64,000 nucleotides of DNA, from contig OX597814.1 of the NCBI GenBank assembly GCA_951406725.2, positions 93,682,001 through 93,746,000 of the forward strand, in the 5' to 3' direction. This document shows, one piece after another, positions 16,331 through 30,388 of the stretch. Both the position numbers and the translations under genes were made by a program. The stretch is from Octopus vulgaris. Lineage: Eukaryota. The notes under the pieces were generated by a model. That model saw only the letters and a program-made list of their open reading frames with translations, made no database searches and was not told the origin of the DNA. The stretch's first letter is position 1, and every line of letters starts with the position of its first letter.

Positions 16331-16864
16331 GGGCACGTCCTTGAATCCATGAAGGGTTTAGTTGAATAAATCGCGGCCAGGACTTATTTTGAAGTAAGGT
16401 TCTTATTCTTGTGGTTGCTTTTGCCGTACCTCTGTTACAGAGATGTAACAGGCAAATAGAAAGTCCCACACACAGATATATTATATGTACATATATATGT
16501 GCTTGTTTGTGCATATATACATATATATATATATATATGTGTGTATGTTTGTGTGTGTGTACGTGCGTGCGCGCGCGTGTGTGTGTGAGTGTATGTAAAT
16601 ATATATCTGAACATAGATACGAGGTTGCGTCATATTCTCTATCGAGGTTGACTCTCTTTTGCCGTCCCTTCCTTTTCCCCTTAATATATTGAGCCGTTCT
16701 TCAATGGGCTCTTACATCGACAATAAATCAGTATTGATATACTACCATGGCTCCACCTGTCATACATCGGCGGCATATCAACTGCATGAGTCACCGGAAA
16801 ATCGTCGACCTTTCAACCTGTACTATCCTATTCAGCTGCTCTATGATTGTGAAAAACAATGTTG

Positions 16865-17066
16865 ATGGCAAAATCACGCTTGGCAAAATACCTCATTTTG
16901 TCCGTCCTTACTTTCTAAGTACAAATTTCGCCATGGTCGACTTTACCTTTCATCCTCTCTTGGTCGATATGCTAAGTACCAGTGGTTGAACAGTGGAGTC
17001 GATGTAATCGACTAGCCCCCCTCACCCACCTGATATTGCCGGCCTTGTACCAAAATTTGAAACCAG
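16865..17066 (+). mobile_element. OK-like SINE, diverged
   Basis: GGTCGACTTTACCTTTCATCCT..GGTCGAT core and 3' CCAAAATTTGAAACC. Confidence 0.75.
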
Positions 17067-17849
17067 TGTTTCATTTTCGTCGTTTACGTGTGATATCCAT
17101 ACCACAGCAACGAAAATGATATTGCTTGTTTTTAGTTTCAAGAATTCTGGAACTGATTTGCGATGAAAAGAAAAAAATAAACAAATAACACCAAATTTTA
17201 TATTGACAGACCTTTCTGCAATATGGATGCTACTCTCAAAATATATGAGAGCAAAACCTAGCAAAATTTAAAAAACAAAGACTGTAAACATTGTAATATG
17301 ATACGTCCTCTATGACATATGTCAGTTTCTCGTCTGAAATATGTTATAGGAGACATGTAATAGAGTAGAATGCTGAGAAGGTAAGCTTGATGATCCTTCT
17401 ATTCGGTTTATACATTGTAAGATTTGTATCCTCCTAAACTCTGCTGTTACACAGTAGGCTCATAGCTGATTCGCACTGAGAGAGATGTTGCTGGTAATGA
17501 GTACACCCAGATAACTGCAGCTTTGTCTGTTTAGCATCCTGAATCAATATTCCAGTTTTGTTTATGCAGATAATAAGCACAAACTAAGGAGTGTCCTGGG
17601 TTTCTGATACGTCAAGACCTTTCTCTCGACCTCACCAATATAGTCAAAAGGAAAGCAAAAAACAAGTACACCTAGTACCAGTTTGGTTTCAAGACTTGAC
17701 AAAAAGGATATTCACTCCAATATTTCTAACAGATTGTGTCTCACTTAGCCTGGTATTATCTCAAGCACTCAGAAGGCAATGGATCTGTTGAATGTTACTG
17801 TTATTCAACTGCATCACCGTATTTTTCTCAACTAAACAATGATTTGAAA

Positions 17850-19300
17850 TCAATTGCTATTAAATTTCTGTTTTTCTCCATTTGACGAAATCTTTATTGA
17901 AACAGAATCTAAACGGCTTCTTGATAATGTTATTGAGCTTTCAGTTTCTCCATTGTGGAATCAAGTGGAAGTAACAAGAAACAGTGGCAAAAAGTTCCTT
18001 CTTTCTGCCTTTTCACAAACAGTAACTTCTTCCTTCTAGTTGGCTATCCACTTTCTAATAATGAAAATCTCATGTGTTCTATTTTCTACAACGTATTCTA
18101 TAGCAAATTAGATCTGAATGCAACATACTTTCAAATTTCTTTCCTCCATGACGGTAAGAATTTATATGCATTTAAGTTGGCGGACGCTTATTCTAGTTAC
18201 AAGGTTACTATTTAGTTTAAGTAATACCATAAGCACTTTTCAAAGAGTGCTGGATAGCAAAATCATTATCAATGTCGAGAAAATTTACGTCTATCTTGAT
18301 TGATGCTATTGCTTTGGGCAAAACTTTTAGATAAACACGATGAGAACTTGGCTCGTTTTATTTCAGTTACTACGAGACCCATCCTTATACCAAACAACAG
18401 AATTTATCTTCTCCCCCAAATATCCATCTGTTACTTAAAACACAAAAGAGAAAATATTTCTGTGTAGCCTGACTCTGATACATTAATACTCTTCACTTAC
18501 TATTCAACTTCAATAATGCTAAAGAATTTCAACTTCTACTAGATTTGTTTATTTAGTGCAGTTCTAGGCTGTTTTCTTTTTTGGAACTAATTTCATCCCG
18601 AAATCCAACTTTTTCATACCAAAAGTGTACATCTACACTAATGGTGCTGAAAACGTCAGTAGTTAGTGTCTACTCTCTCCTACCCTCTCTAATTTACATG
18701 AGATTCCTCTTCCTTTTGAAATTGTTGCTTCACGAACTACAAATTCAGTGTCACTTTCTTTTCCAGAATTTCCTTGCCCAGAACAAAAAATTGCATTAAT
18801 GTTTCAATAAATATCAATTGAAGAGAAAGCAGTAGTTATTACAAAAAATAGGATGGAAATGGAATAGGAATCGAAGAACCTTTTCAATTTCATATTTCAT
18901 TACAAAATTAAAAGGAAAACCTGCCTAATACTCTTCGTTGGCACAAAGAATCATTGCTGTGCAATTATGATGTAACTTAAACTCCGCAAAGATAACATGG
19001 CTACTGATTCTCATACCACATATTTGAAAGTTTTCTGCCATTCTAGGGTGACTCCATTACGATACTTTTTTTTTTAGTCAGAGCTAAAAAAAATTGCAAT
19101 TTTATTTAGATGTTGAAAAACCTACTGGAAACTTACTATAAACTATGAAGTTTAAGGAAAACAATAATACCCATTATTCAACAATTGGATCAGGTTTCAG
19201 GGAAATCGCTCCATGTGATTCGGTCCCATTAGTGCACTGCAACTAACAGACTTTATCAAGTGAGTTCTCTGAATCTGAACAAGTCCTTCTCAGTCACTTT
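17850..19300 (+). mobile_element. Ancient Ty3/Gypsy pol remnant
   Basis: Broken frames give YSKLDLNATYFQI (18098), TFQRVLD (18235), YVYLD and HDENLARF in the order expected for LTR-retrotransposon RT. Boundaries are approximate. Confidence 0.6.
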
Positions 19301-20199
19301 AATGTTACCAATGACTATGAACCAAAGGCCAATCACGTTAAACTAATTAACGCTACTCATCATCGCTATATTCATATTAAACACTCATATGGTCAAACTG
19401 ATGTTTCACTTGACGATACAAATCTATCAGGGAGTCCAAGTTCTACAGGTAATTGATCAAGCTTTCGTTCGAAGGTAGTCTTATTACTGATGACCTCAAA
19501 TATCAAATTCTTGAAGAATCCGTACAAGCAAGCACTAAGCCCTCTAGTGGATATTCCGCACCGATGAGTGTATCAGTAGCATATCGTTATATGAGCCGAT
19601 GCAAGTCAACATCGATTCGGTTATTAAAAAGAAAGGGTCATTCAACAAGGAAAAATTAAGTACCAAAATAGTGATTCTTTAAAGTGGGGGTGAAGTTCTT
19701 ATTACTACTTCCAGTCTGAGTCCATTGAGCTATACATTCTTTGAGGGCTTGCAGCCATTTGCAATAGAGATACATTACAGATGGGATCTGAATAGTAAAA
19801 CCTAATGTTTTAGTTGTAAACATTTCTTTAAACATTTGGTTCCCGACAAATGTTACTGTCCCAACAACTTAAAAAATGTTTCATTCTTTTATTCGATTTC
19901 AGACCTCAAGCCAGTCACTAACAAAGTGGCAAGGCTATTTATTTGTTTAAATCTAGACAACCACTGATATATGGTGGACATGTGACATAGTTAGTGCGGG
20001 CAAATATGTATATGTGTCATTGAATACACTTGCACTTCTGTAGTGGGTATGCATATTACTATAATATAGAATTGTACTTCACTCGTGTATGTGTGTAACT
20101 GTGTTTGCATGTTACATGCGTATGCGATAATGTGCATATGTTGAGTCAATACGGGTACTTCAAATGGACAATCCCTAAAATATTTAACAAATTTTCACT

Positions 20200-22200
20200 G
20201 CATCACTAATCGGTTATATCTGGAGGATGCAAATCAATTTGCTTTACTCTTTCCAGGAGGACTTCAGCATTTCCACATTTTTCTACAAATTTGTTGTTAC
20301 ATAGCCTGTGTGCCTGTGATAATTGGTGCAAATGAAAATCTATATCATGGATATAAAACCTGCAAACTTCTCATCACTTTACCAATTTTAAACACATATT
20401 CAATCGCCGGCCAGCTGCACTCCATCACCATCCGTAAATTTTTGCTTCTCGTTTCACAGAACATTGGTTATTTCTGTTCTTCTGGATAGTATTTTGACGA
20501 CATTTTTGTACAACTCCTGATGAAATGGTTGATGTCTTCCAAACTGGTATCGCATTACTGACATTTTCTCTTATAATGTAATGGTTTGGGATACTTGCCC
20601 AAAGGTGGTGAGCTAGTAGAAACGTTAGCACGCCGGGCAAAGTGCTTAACGGCGTTTTGTCTGTCCTTACGTTCTGAGTTCAAATTCCGAGGAGGTCGAC
20701 TTTACCTTTTGAACATGATAAAATAAATACTATTTCAGTATTGGGGTCGGTGTAATCGACTGGCCACCTCCCCCGAACTTGCTGGCCTTGTGCCAAAATT
20801 TGAAACCAAAATGTCATAGTTTAGCGGCAGGGTTATTTGCCTTCTCGATCAAGTACTTAGTAGCTATTTTCCAGTTCTTGGATAGCAAAGACATAGTTTC
20901 TAGTTGAGACGTGTTGTATCTGTTACAGGTCCAGGACAGTTGACTATACCTGTCAATACTGCTGGTTGCCTCTAGTTTATGTGATATGTACTCATGTACA
21001 ACCTTCCGCTGCTGCGATAAGTATTTCTCCTATTAGTCTCTGTTTAAGTACAGGTAATTAGTCCAGGTAATTCTTGCTCACATGAAAACGATATCTGCGG
21101 AGAGTACCTGATTTCCACAACAGTACACAGGTTCTCTTTTCTATCCTAAATCATTATATCAGATATATTGTGTTTACATTTTATTGTGGTTTTCACTGGA
21201 ACATTCTACCATTACTACTTTTATTATGGTTATGGCTTCTACCATACGGTGGGTTTTTATTTCTTTGTCCTCGGGTTTATTCTTTTGGCAGATCTCGTTA
21301 TACAATGTGCTAGCTACACCATGCCTCATCGGTAAATAATACCGTGGTGACAATTTTGGACAGGTGCTTTTGTTTTGGTTGATATATTCGGTGTTAACAC
21401 CAGAAAGTCTGCATCGGTTTTCACATTTTACTGCTTTTCCTGCATCTCTCCCTTTTGTGCATCAAGTATTTGTTTGATATTCCTGTTCCTGGATTGTAAA
21501 TGTATACTCTTCAAAGTCCAAGGTAGTAATCCGGTTGTTGGTTCATGATAGACTGCTTTGGTGATCAATGTTACTATCATCTCGGGAGCTTTCTACAAAA
21601 CATATCCATGCATAGTATTCTACGCTCATCCTTTCATCTGATGATACGTTGCGGTAGAGTCTTACGACTTCTTTGCGTATGAACTTAAGGTTATCAGCTG
21701 CCTCCCAAGTCTTGTGCAAACTGGGACAAGGGATGCACTTCGGCACTTAGTGGGTAAAAGATGTTGCCGAAGGGTTATGATACGACATTCAAAGGCATTT
21801 TAGATCGATGTTAAGCCTCTGCCGCCTTGTTTTCGTTTTAGGTACAGGCGATCAACATCACTGTTTAATTGGAAATTATGTGTGCTTGTTAGTATTTTCA
21901 GAGTTTTCCCATCAATGGCTCGGATCTCATCAAGCGTCCAATCAAGTAACCCAAATGTTGGTGTGAGCACTGACTCTGCAAACACATTCTGGGCCACTGT
22001 TTTATTGAATGCAGAGTGTTCCGAAGTCCAAATTGTCTTCACTCGACTGCAATATTCTTTAGCGACACGAGTTTGGTTACAGGTGCCATTGTAAAATATA
22101 TTTTCATTCACATTTCTCATCGGATATAAATATTGGAAACAGTCAAATCATTGATGGAGATGTTGCTGGTCTGGTTTACAGTTTTCCTTCTTTTCCCAAC
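20200..22200 (-). mobile_element. Decayed R4/Dong-like LINE pieces interrupted by a SINE
   Basis: ORF 21800-22120 gives VLTPTFGLLDWT..NSDVDRLYLKRKQGGRGL, followed by remnants of the CCHC/RH and PD-(D/E)xK endonuclease regions. Confidence 0.75.
20602..20808 (+). mobile_element. OK-like SINE
   Basis: AAGGTGGTGAGCTAGTAGAAACGTTAGCACGCCGGGC...GAGTTCAAATTCC...GGGGTCGGTGTAATCGAC. Confidence 0.85.
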
Positions 22201-22331
22201 TTTACAATAACTTTTATTTATGTATGTATGTACACATGTAGAGTTTTTTGTTTAGTCTTCTCATGCATATACTTGCATATCTAGACATGTTCATACATAC
22301 TTGTCATACGTTCATATTTATGTTCATATGC

Positions 22332-22388
<57 letters not shown>

Positions 22389-22544
22389 TACTTATATGCA
22401 TATATGTGTTGTGTGTGTATGTACTTAAGGATCTGTGTGTGTTCTGTGGTGGTAGAGTATGTAAATCTTAGCGATACCTTTTAGCGAAAATGAGAAGTTT
22501 TACATTAATTGTAATTGAGTTTTATTAAATTCTATATTTAAGAA

Positions 22545-22830
22545 ATTATGTACGTTATTTAAATTTGACGGATATTTGTCCTCATCTTGTTTGTTGTTAA
22601 CACAACGTTTCGGCTGATATACCCTCCAGCCTTCATCAGGTCTCTAGGGGGAATTTCGAACCTGTGTTCTCATTCCTAATTTATTTTTCGATATTATTAT
22701 TATCATTATCATTATTATTATTATTATTTTTATTATTATTATTATTATTATTCAGGTCACTGCCTGGAATTGAACTCGGAATCTTGGGGTTAGTAACCCG
22801 TGCTCTTAACCGCTACGCCATATGCGCATG
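22545..22830 (-). mobile_element. Composite short element: tRNA-like head + (TAA)n + hammerhead-like motif
   Basis: On the minus strand: A box TGGCGTAGCGG, anticodon-like arm GGG-TTACTAA-CCC, B box GAGTTCAATTCC, about 60 nt (AAT)n, then CTGATGA-A-GGCTG-(10)-CAGCC-GAAA-CG-TT-GTGTT at 22599-22644. Confidence 0.75.
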
Positions 22831-23419
22831 GGTTTTATTGTTTAATATTTTCAGAAGATGAGAATCTGATGTCTGTTTCGCAAGTGAAGAACATCAATAT
22901 AAACATACCCTCGCCTCTATACAGATAACAGCATAGTGTTGTCTTCTCATCTGAAACAGATGTAGAATTACACAAGAAGAACTGAGAACTTTCATGTTGA
23001 AGTCGATCAGTATTGTGAAACAAAAAAGAAAAAAAAGCGATATGGCAATCCTATAGCTTTAACCGAAAGTTTGAATAAGAATGTAATTAAATGTGTGCTT
23101 GATATGAATGCAGTTGTTGTTGAATTATCAAATTTTCGAAATCTAATTCAGGCGTAAAGATTAACCATACTTTGGCCTTGTTCCTTTAATTATCGTATAT
23201 TTTGGGCGATAGTTTATCTTTTATTTTACATTTTTTTCTCTTACACTTTTAGTTCTCCCGTCTCACGATGTCCTCCATTCTAGCAACAAATATCAATTAT
23301 TATACATACATATGTACATACGTGCATACATACATATATACATACATACATACAAACATACATACATACATAAATGCATGTATATGTTTGTACATATATA
23401 TATATGTGTGTATGTTTTT

Positions 23420-23667
<248 letters not shown>

Positions 23668-24099
23668 GGCTGTCGTAATTTTCGATTGCGTAAGTCTAAA
23701 CAATTTCTCTTATTTATTTATGTGTATTGATATTGAATTTTTGTCAAAAGTTGGTTAACACCATCTGCTTTCGCGTGAGCGAGTCGCTTACACGAAAATT
23801 TTTTCTCTTTAAGGGTGTATTTTCGAATTCTAAATTTCATTTTAAAAATATTTGTTCAATTTGTGCTGAAAAATGGATAGCTTTTCTGGGGATGCCAGCT
23901 TTCCTGTGTCCGAATTAGACATGGATGCTTTTCCCCCACTGACAAACACTGCAAGAAAGAAAGAAAGAAAGAAAGCACAAACTTACATTCACACACACAC
24001 ACAGAGTCAAGCAACGTCGTTAAAGTTTCTGAAACTAGCGTCCCTACTAACAAAGAAGGAAAAGAAAGTAGCAACAATGAATACATATCTATTCATACC

Positions 24100-24330
24100 T
24101 ATTTCTTTACTACCCACAACGGGCTAAACACAGAGAGGACAAACAAGGACAGACAAACGGATTAAGTCGATTACATCGACCCCAGTGCGTAACTGGTATT
24201 ATTTAATCGACTCCGAAAGGATGAAAGGCAAAGTCGACCTCGCCAGAATTTGAACTCAGAACGTAACGGCAGACGAAATATGCTGAGCATTTCGCCCGGT
24301 GTGCTAACGATTCTGCCAGCTCGCCGCCTT
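24100..24330 (-). mobile_element. OK-like SINE with candidate 18-bp target-site duplication
   Basis: Well-preserved copy. TACATATCTATTCATACC is present at 24082-24099 and again at 24342-24359. Confidence 0.9.
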
Positions 24331-25356
24331 ATCATATCTATTACATATCTATTCATACCGTCGCCACCACTACCAACACCACCAACAACACGAACAGACA
24401 AAGCAACTTTGCTTCAGGTCTGAGGTAAAGAAAACAAATTGTTTCATTCACTCCTCAACAATTGATAGAAACCTGATCGCTTTTTATCAAAGAAGGGTAG
24501 AACTATAAGACTCAATGCTCTGCCAAATATTTTAGAAAATATTAACAAAAAAAAAAACAAACAAAAAATACATCATATGTTAGACAATAAACTTGAAAAC
24601 GAGAAAGCCCGAAACTATAAACCAATAAACAATTGAAAAATGCCTAAAGCCGATATGGGCACCCAAAAAATACATCACAAGGGGCAAAAGATTTGCCACA
24701 TTTGATGTCAGATTTGACACAGAAGAGCAAACAAAATATTACTCTACACAGTCACTTGAATGCGAAGAAGTCATAATGATTATCACATACATACGTCGTC
24801 GGGTTACAAAAATAAAAATTAAAGATGTACCCCCTGAAATAGAAGCACGGTGGCTGTTATCAGCCATCTGTTACAATGTCGAGGAAGTTATTAACATCTT
24901 AGAAATTGTCGTCTTCGAACAACAAAACTGCATAGGTCAGGTGTAACAGCTCTTGGTTCACGCCGATCAAGAACGATAGAAAATGTGCCACATTCTATAA
25001 AACTGCCGGACGGTACCACCTTACATGTGGCCGTTGAAGGCAGAAGACCACGCAGTCACCTTTGTGGCAGCAAAAACCACCTAAAAATTCCTAAAAATTG
25101 ACTGTCCAACGATTAAGGAGCAACAACAGCAACAACAACAACAACAATAACAAACAGCAACAGCAGCAACAACAAAAGGGAAACTCTACTCGCAAACCAG
25201 CACTGTTACCCACACCGCCTTTAGCACAACAGATGAGAGAGCTCCACCAACGGATGAAACAGCTCCATAAAACAACAAACCAACTCGACCAACCCAGCTA
25301 ATCACCACAACCAACAGCAGAAACAACGTAACCACCTGCACCACCACCACCAACAG

Positions 25357-25505
25357 CCGGACTCGCGGTTTCGATTCCCAGGCCGGGCGTTGTGTGTGTT
25401 TATTGAGCGAAGATACCTAGAGCTCCACGAGGCTCCGGCAGGGGGTGGTGGCGACCCCTGTTATAGTCTTTCGCCCCAACTTTCTCTCACTCTTTCTTCC
25501 TGTTT
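25357..25505 (+). mobile_element. tRNA-derived SINE fragment (OR-like) inserted in the Tx1-like element
   Basis: GGACTCGCGGTTTCGATTCCCAGGCCGGGCGTTGTG..TTTATTGAGCGAA..CCTA.AGCTCCACGAGG, shared with the 32929 copy. Confidence 0.8.
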
Positions 25506-25662
25506 CTTGTCCCCGACTTCCTACGTGTCTGGGGTTGACCTGCTTTCTCTTCTGCGAGTCTTACGAACAGCAAAGGACCACGTTTCGGACTTCTCCCATC
25601 TTGCGAGCTCTGGGACGAAGACCGTTCGCTCAACAGCAACAGCAACAGCAGCACCACCAACA

Positions 25663-25699
<37 letters not shown>

Positions 25700-28600
25700 A
25701 AGTACCAAAACATGAAATGGGAAAAATAACTAACTCCTCATCTTCAACAACCCAAATATCACATTCCAACAGCTACCAACCAAAACTAACAACAACTGCA
25801 TCAACACACCCATAAATCGACCCCAGATCCTTTCCCCTCCCATGTTCTGATTCCTCCGACATGTCGTTTGATGAAAGCGACACGGAGGAATGGCAAATGT
25901 CCACAGTGGGGAAGAAGAAAAAGGGGGAGAAAAAGAACAACCGCTCAATTGAACAAAGCTCTCCCGACAACAAAATCCCATGGATACCAACAACACCAGC
26001 ACCAAAACACTACAAATATACAAGCACCAACAATGCTAACCGCAATCAACACGAACAATTTGGATCTGATGCAATACACCAGGTCGCTCACCACCATAAA
26101 TGAATAAAGTTACAAAACAAACAACCATCCATGCACAAGACCACCACAACACATTAAAATAATATACACCATACAAATCATACATAAACTAATAAAATCT
26201 TTCTAATGCAATAGGGAGATTTCAACAACATATGTCAAAAAATCTCTATAAAAATTTCCTCACGGAAACTGAGGAGGAAAATCCCCAGCATCCGAAACAT
26301 TAAGTGTCTCTCTTTCTCTCTCTCTCACCTTCTGCTTTCGCTTTGTGTCTGAAACACAACTTTCGCCAGATTCATGCTTAAGATAGGTAATATAAATGTG
26401 CGTGGCTTGGGGTCGCCTTGAAAACAAAGTTACCTGTTAATCGACATCAAGTCACAAAATATGGATAGCATAGCCAGCGAAACTAGACTCTCCAACGTGC
26501 AGACACCTCAGCTCATGTTCGGCAAACAATTCAATATTCATTTTTTCCCGGTGTCTACCGAGAATGGGCGGTGGGGGTACTGCAGTACTTTTTCGAAAGA
26601 ATCTGAACCTGATAGTACTGACAGTATTCCTAGACCCGGAGGGCAGGCTGGTCGACTCGGCTGTCGATGGCTGTAATGGCTGTGCTGTAATGGCTGCTTT
26701 CCAACTAGTAAAAGTTTACTCACCGTCCTTATCAGTTCCGCCGGATTTCTTTCGACGTCTAGAGGTTTCCTTGGGAACATCTCGACCTTTACTTTTAGTG
26801 GGGGATTGGAGCGTCACCTTGGACACGCATTTAGACTATTTAGAGATAGGAAAAGGAGGAGATGCAAATGCCTTATAGACATGTTCAAACGTTTCCAACT
26901 CTGACAGGTACCGATGTGGACATGTGGATATGGGCCAATGTGGACATGGGCCAACCGCATTCAGTCGTCCAGATCGTATTTAGATAGAGTATTCTGTAGG
27001 ATAGTGGATAGGATTAGTGTAGGTTGCCCACAATTTCACATAGTCAGCTATACAGATAAAAAAATCGTGACTTATCCGCTCAATTTGGATAAGAATCATA
27101 GGCAGGGTCCCGGTTACTAGAAGCCGGACGCATCTTTCCCAGAGCGACAGGCTTACGAAGACCGGATTAGCACATTAGTTAAGAAGACGTTGACGGGGGC
27201 CATCGTCAGCAATAAATGAGGGATTTCCCAAAAGAGAGTAATCAAAGTAGAATCGGTTAAGTACATCAAGTCTTTAGCGATAGACCAAAATAGAATAGAA
27301 GGAGACTTAGTTAAGAAATTAGAAGAGGCACTTAGAAATGGCATCGCGTCCAGCATGCTGGCAGCAAGGTTGGCCCTTGATCAACACTTTAACGCCAACA
27401 CGAAGGTTGTGTTGTCAGAGCTAGCATGCGTGCTTTGGGAAACGAAGGAATTGCAACTGCCCGAGCGGCCCTGGTGGTGAAGGCGAAACGTGACAACAAA
27501 ACTACCATTCGGTCTTTGATGGATGAGCAGGGGCGCGAATTGCTCGAGCCCGAAAGGGCATGTGAGGCCTTTCAGCAGCACTTTGCCCGACTGTGCGGGA
27601 CGCAGAGTGGAATTTAGTGCCTACTTGCATGGCCTGCTACGACTCTCGGCAAGAGAGGTGGAGTTTTGTAAAAATCCCATCACAGCCGTGAATGTACGGA
27701 AGGCGATGTGGAAGAGACAAGTCGCCGGGCTTGGATGGTTTGTTCTACGAGCTTTTTTGTCATATGCCAGGCTTGTTTGGAGAAGTCTTGGCAACAGTCT
27801 ACTGGAACTAGCAGCAAAACAGGAGTATTTCCAGTTTTGTGAGCCGAGGAGCGGTGACACTGGTAAAGAAAGACCCAAACAAGGAGGACGTTATAAACTT
27901 TTCCGACCCATCACTCTGCTCAACGCAGAGGAGCATCTCGAGCGAATTGGGATGCAGGAGGATAATGTCTGCATATGTAGACGGTGTTACCGTCATAGTG
28001 TTGAGTCACAGGCATATCAACCTGGTTGGTGAGACACTAAAAGAATATGTAGTGGTAACGGGAGCGAAAATTAACACGGAAAAAACAGTGGGCTTGCGGC
28101 TCGGTATCTGACGAAACAAGCCCATGTCGTCCAACAGCATCTCCGTCGTGGGACACTGGACCGACAGGCCGGTTAAATTGCTCGGGGTCTGGTTCAGTCC
28201 AGACCTCCAAATGAAGAAGAACTGGGACAAGATAACGAGTTAGGTGGCCACACTCACCCAACAATGGGTCGAGAGAAAGCTATCTCTAAAAGGTCGGGCT
28301 GAGGTGGCGAATGCGTACATCGCATCCGTTAACTACTACTGTCTGACCGTCGTACTTTGTTCCGACCCCAACGTCACAGGACTAGAACGAATACTCTTCC
28401 GCTTTTTATGGAAGGGAAGCGTTTCGATGGTCAGGCGATTCATTTGCTGCTAACATACGCTAAATTGAGGGCTGGGCATGCCGTGGTTAATGATGCACAG
28501 ACATTTCCAGCGTTTCGTAGACGACGGTGAACAGGAGCAGTCACCGTTTGTGAGATGCGCTTTCCAGCAGCTCGTCTCTTTGATCGAACTGCAATCGTGG

Positions 28601-29599
28601 ATCAAACCGAGACCGAGGCTGGGCGAATGGCACTGCGAGTGTCGCCATGCACTTGCATAACACTGCTCTCCGGGAACAAACTTGTGCGACTTCAAATCCA
28701 CAAGGCGTTCTGTAGAGGATTAATGGAGGGAATGTGGGACGACGTTCATGAAGAAACCCTGGGCGTCGGCGAGCAATACCTGGCCCGCCTCAAAAGGACC
28801 ACTTTCGGGCCGGGACCCATGGACAATTTCCAGAGATCCCTGGCCTGACAGTGCTATCGGGAAACATTGCTCGTTCGGGATAAGCTCTACAGACACGGTT
28901 CAATCGACTTGTCGGAGATGCGATCAGAGTAACGAAACTGTTCTGCACACACTCCTGCAATGTCCAAACATTTCAGACCTGTAGGCTTATGTTGAACGGC
29001 TTCAGTCACATGTGGGACGAATTCGGTTGTCGGCCGAGTTTATCGTGAATATTGCCACGCTACCTTCCTCTAATCGAGAAAGCAAGACAGTTTTCATTGT
29101 ACTGGTGGCTATGGCGAAAGAATGTGTGTGGTGGAGTCGTACGAAAGGTTTAGAGACAAACACTTTCCTCTCTGGCCAACAGCTCATCAACTTCTTCAAG
29201 TATCACTTAAAGAGGAAGGTGAGAATAGAGAGGGAAGTTTTGTCTAATGAAAGGGTCAATAAAGGGTGGGTGAATGCGGCAAGGATGGTACGACTAAATG
29301 ACAGAACCACCTTTAACACGAACCTATAAAACAAATTGCTCTCATGTTAATGATTTTGTTTTTCGTTTCCGAGGTTACCGTGGTTCTTTTTCTTTCCACA
29401 GATAAACCTAGTTAATGTGACATTTCCTTTCCCTGTTGGGAGCTCTTATCGTTAACAACGACTTTCGTGTTATTTCCCTGTTAACACGCCCCCATCCCAG
29501 GTTTTTATGTACCCTTTGATCGATTTCGAAAAAGAAAATTCTACATTGCATTGTCCCCTCCGTGTTCGGAGAGTAATTCCGCGAGGAGGAATTAATCTT

Positions 29600-30388
29600 C
29601 TCAATTCGCTCCTTTGCTCCACCTAGGCTCAATTCTCCTATCCTCTTCATCTACCCTCTTCCTCTCTTCCTATCACACTACTTCCTCCCACCCACCTCTC
29701 CTCTTTTGTTATGCCACCTACTTCCTCTCTTCACTCCTACCCACCTTCTCCCTTCCACCCTTTCCCTCCCTCGGTACCCCACCCCTACACATTCCAACCC
29801 CATCATCCCTATACATCCCATCCAGCCCCACCCTTGCTTCCCCCACTCTCGCGTACCCCACCCCAACACCACCACATCACACCTCACCACACTCCACAAC
29901 ACACCAACGCACCACACCATCACTCCATACACCACCATACCACACATCACACCACCCCGCACACTAGCACTGACCACTTCCCAGCACCCACACCAGCGCA
30001 GACACTAGTACTGACCACTTCCCAGCACTTACACCACCTTCCACACACCTACACATGCACACACGCACACATCAATGTCACCAGCCCCCTTCCACACGCA
30101 CATAAACGCTCTCACACACGCGCGTGTACCTTCGTTTTGGGATCCCCACTACTTTATTATCTCCCCCTCTTCCTAGCTCTCCTGTGCGACCCCTCTGTCC
30201 GACATTCACCATGATAGATCGCTAGCCACTAAATCTTTTTCGATTTTTTCTCCCTGTTTATTTCTCTGTTCCTTTCTGTGGAAGAGCGTAGGCTCGAAAC
30301 GTAAAAGACTTTCTCACTTCCCTAGCGTTAAACTAATACATTTGTTTGTTGTTTACACACTCGTCTTCGTCTTTTTTTTTGTAAATTC

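Larger units (their letters stand above)
23870..29590 (+). mobile_element. Near full-length but decayed Tx1/L1-clade LINE (ORF1 remnant; ORF2 with APE endonuclease, RT and CCHC)
   Basis: ORF1-like VAVEGRRP plus a zinc-knuckle remnant at about 25030-25105. APE start MLKIGNINVRGLG at about 26374, with LLVGDW and YLDR. RT motifs FRPITLLNAE and YVDGV are juxtaposed, implying a central RT deletion. C-terminal CRRCDQSNETVLHTLLQC. Many stops and frameshifts; the 5' boundary is uncertain. Confidence 0.82.

Noticed and set aside
23873-23945. FSGDA peptide as the missing N-terminal nucleotidase exon
   Set aside because: The flanking residues do not match the family and there are no convincing splice sites. 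More likely the 5' part of the Tx1-like element.
25098-25815. Polyglutamine host gene
   Set aside because: The CAA/CAG tracts lie inside the broken ORF1 region of the Tx1-like element and are interrupted by a SINE.
29614-30214. Pro/His/Thr-rich ORFs
   Set aside because: Low-complexity C/A-rich tract, open in several frames on both strands.
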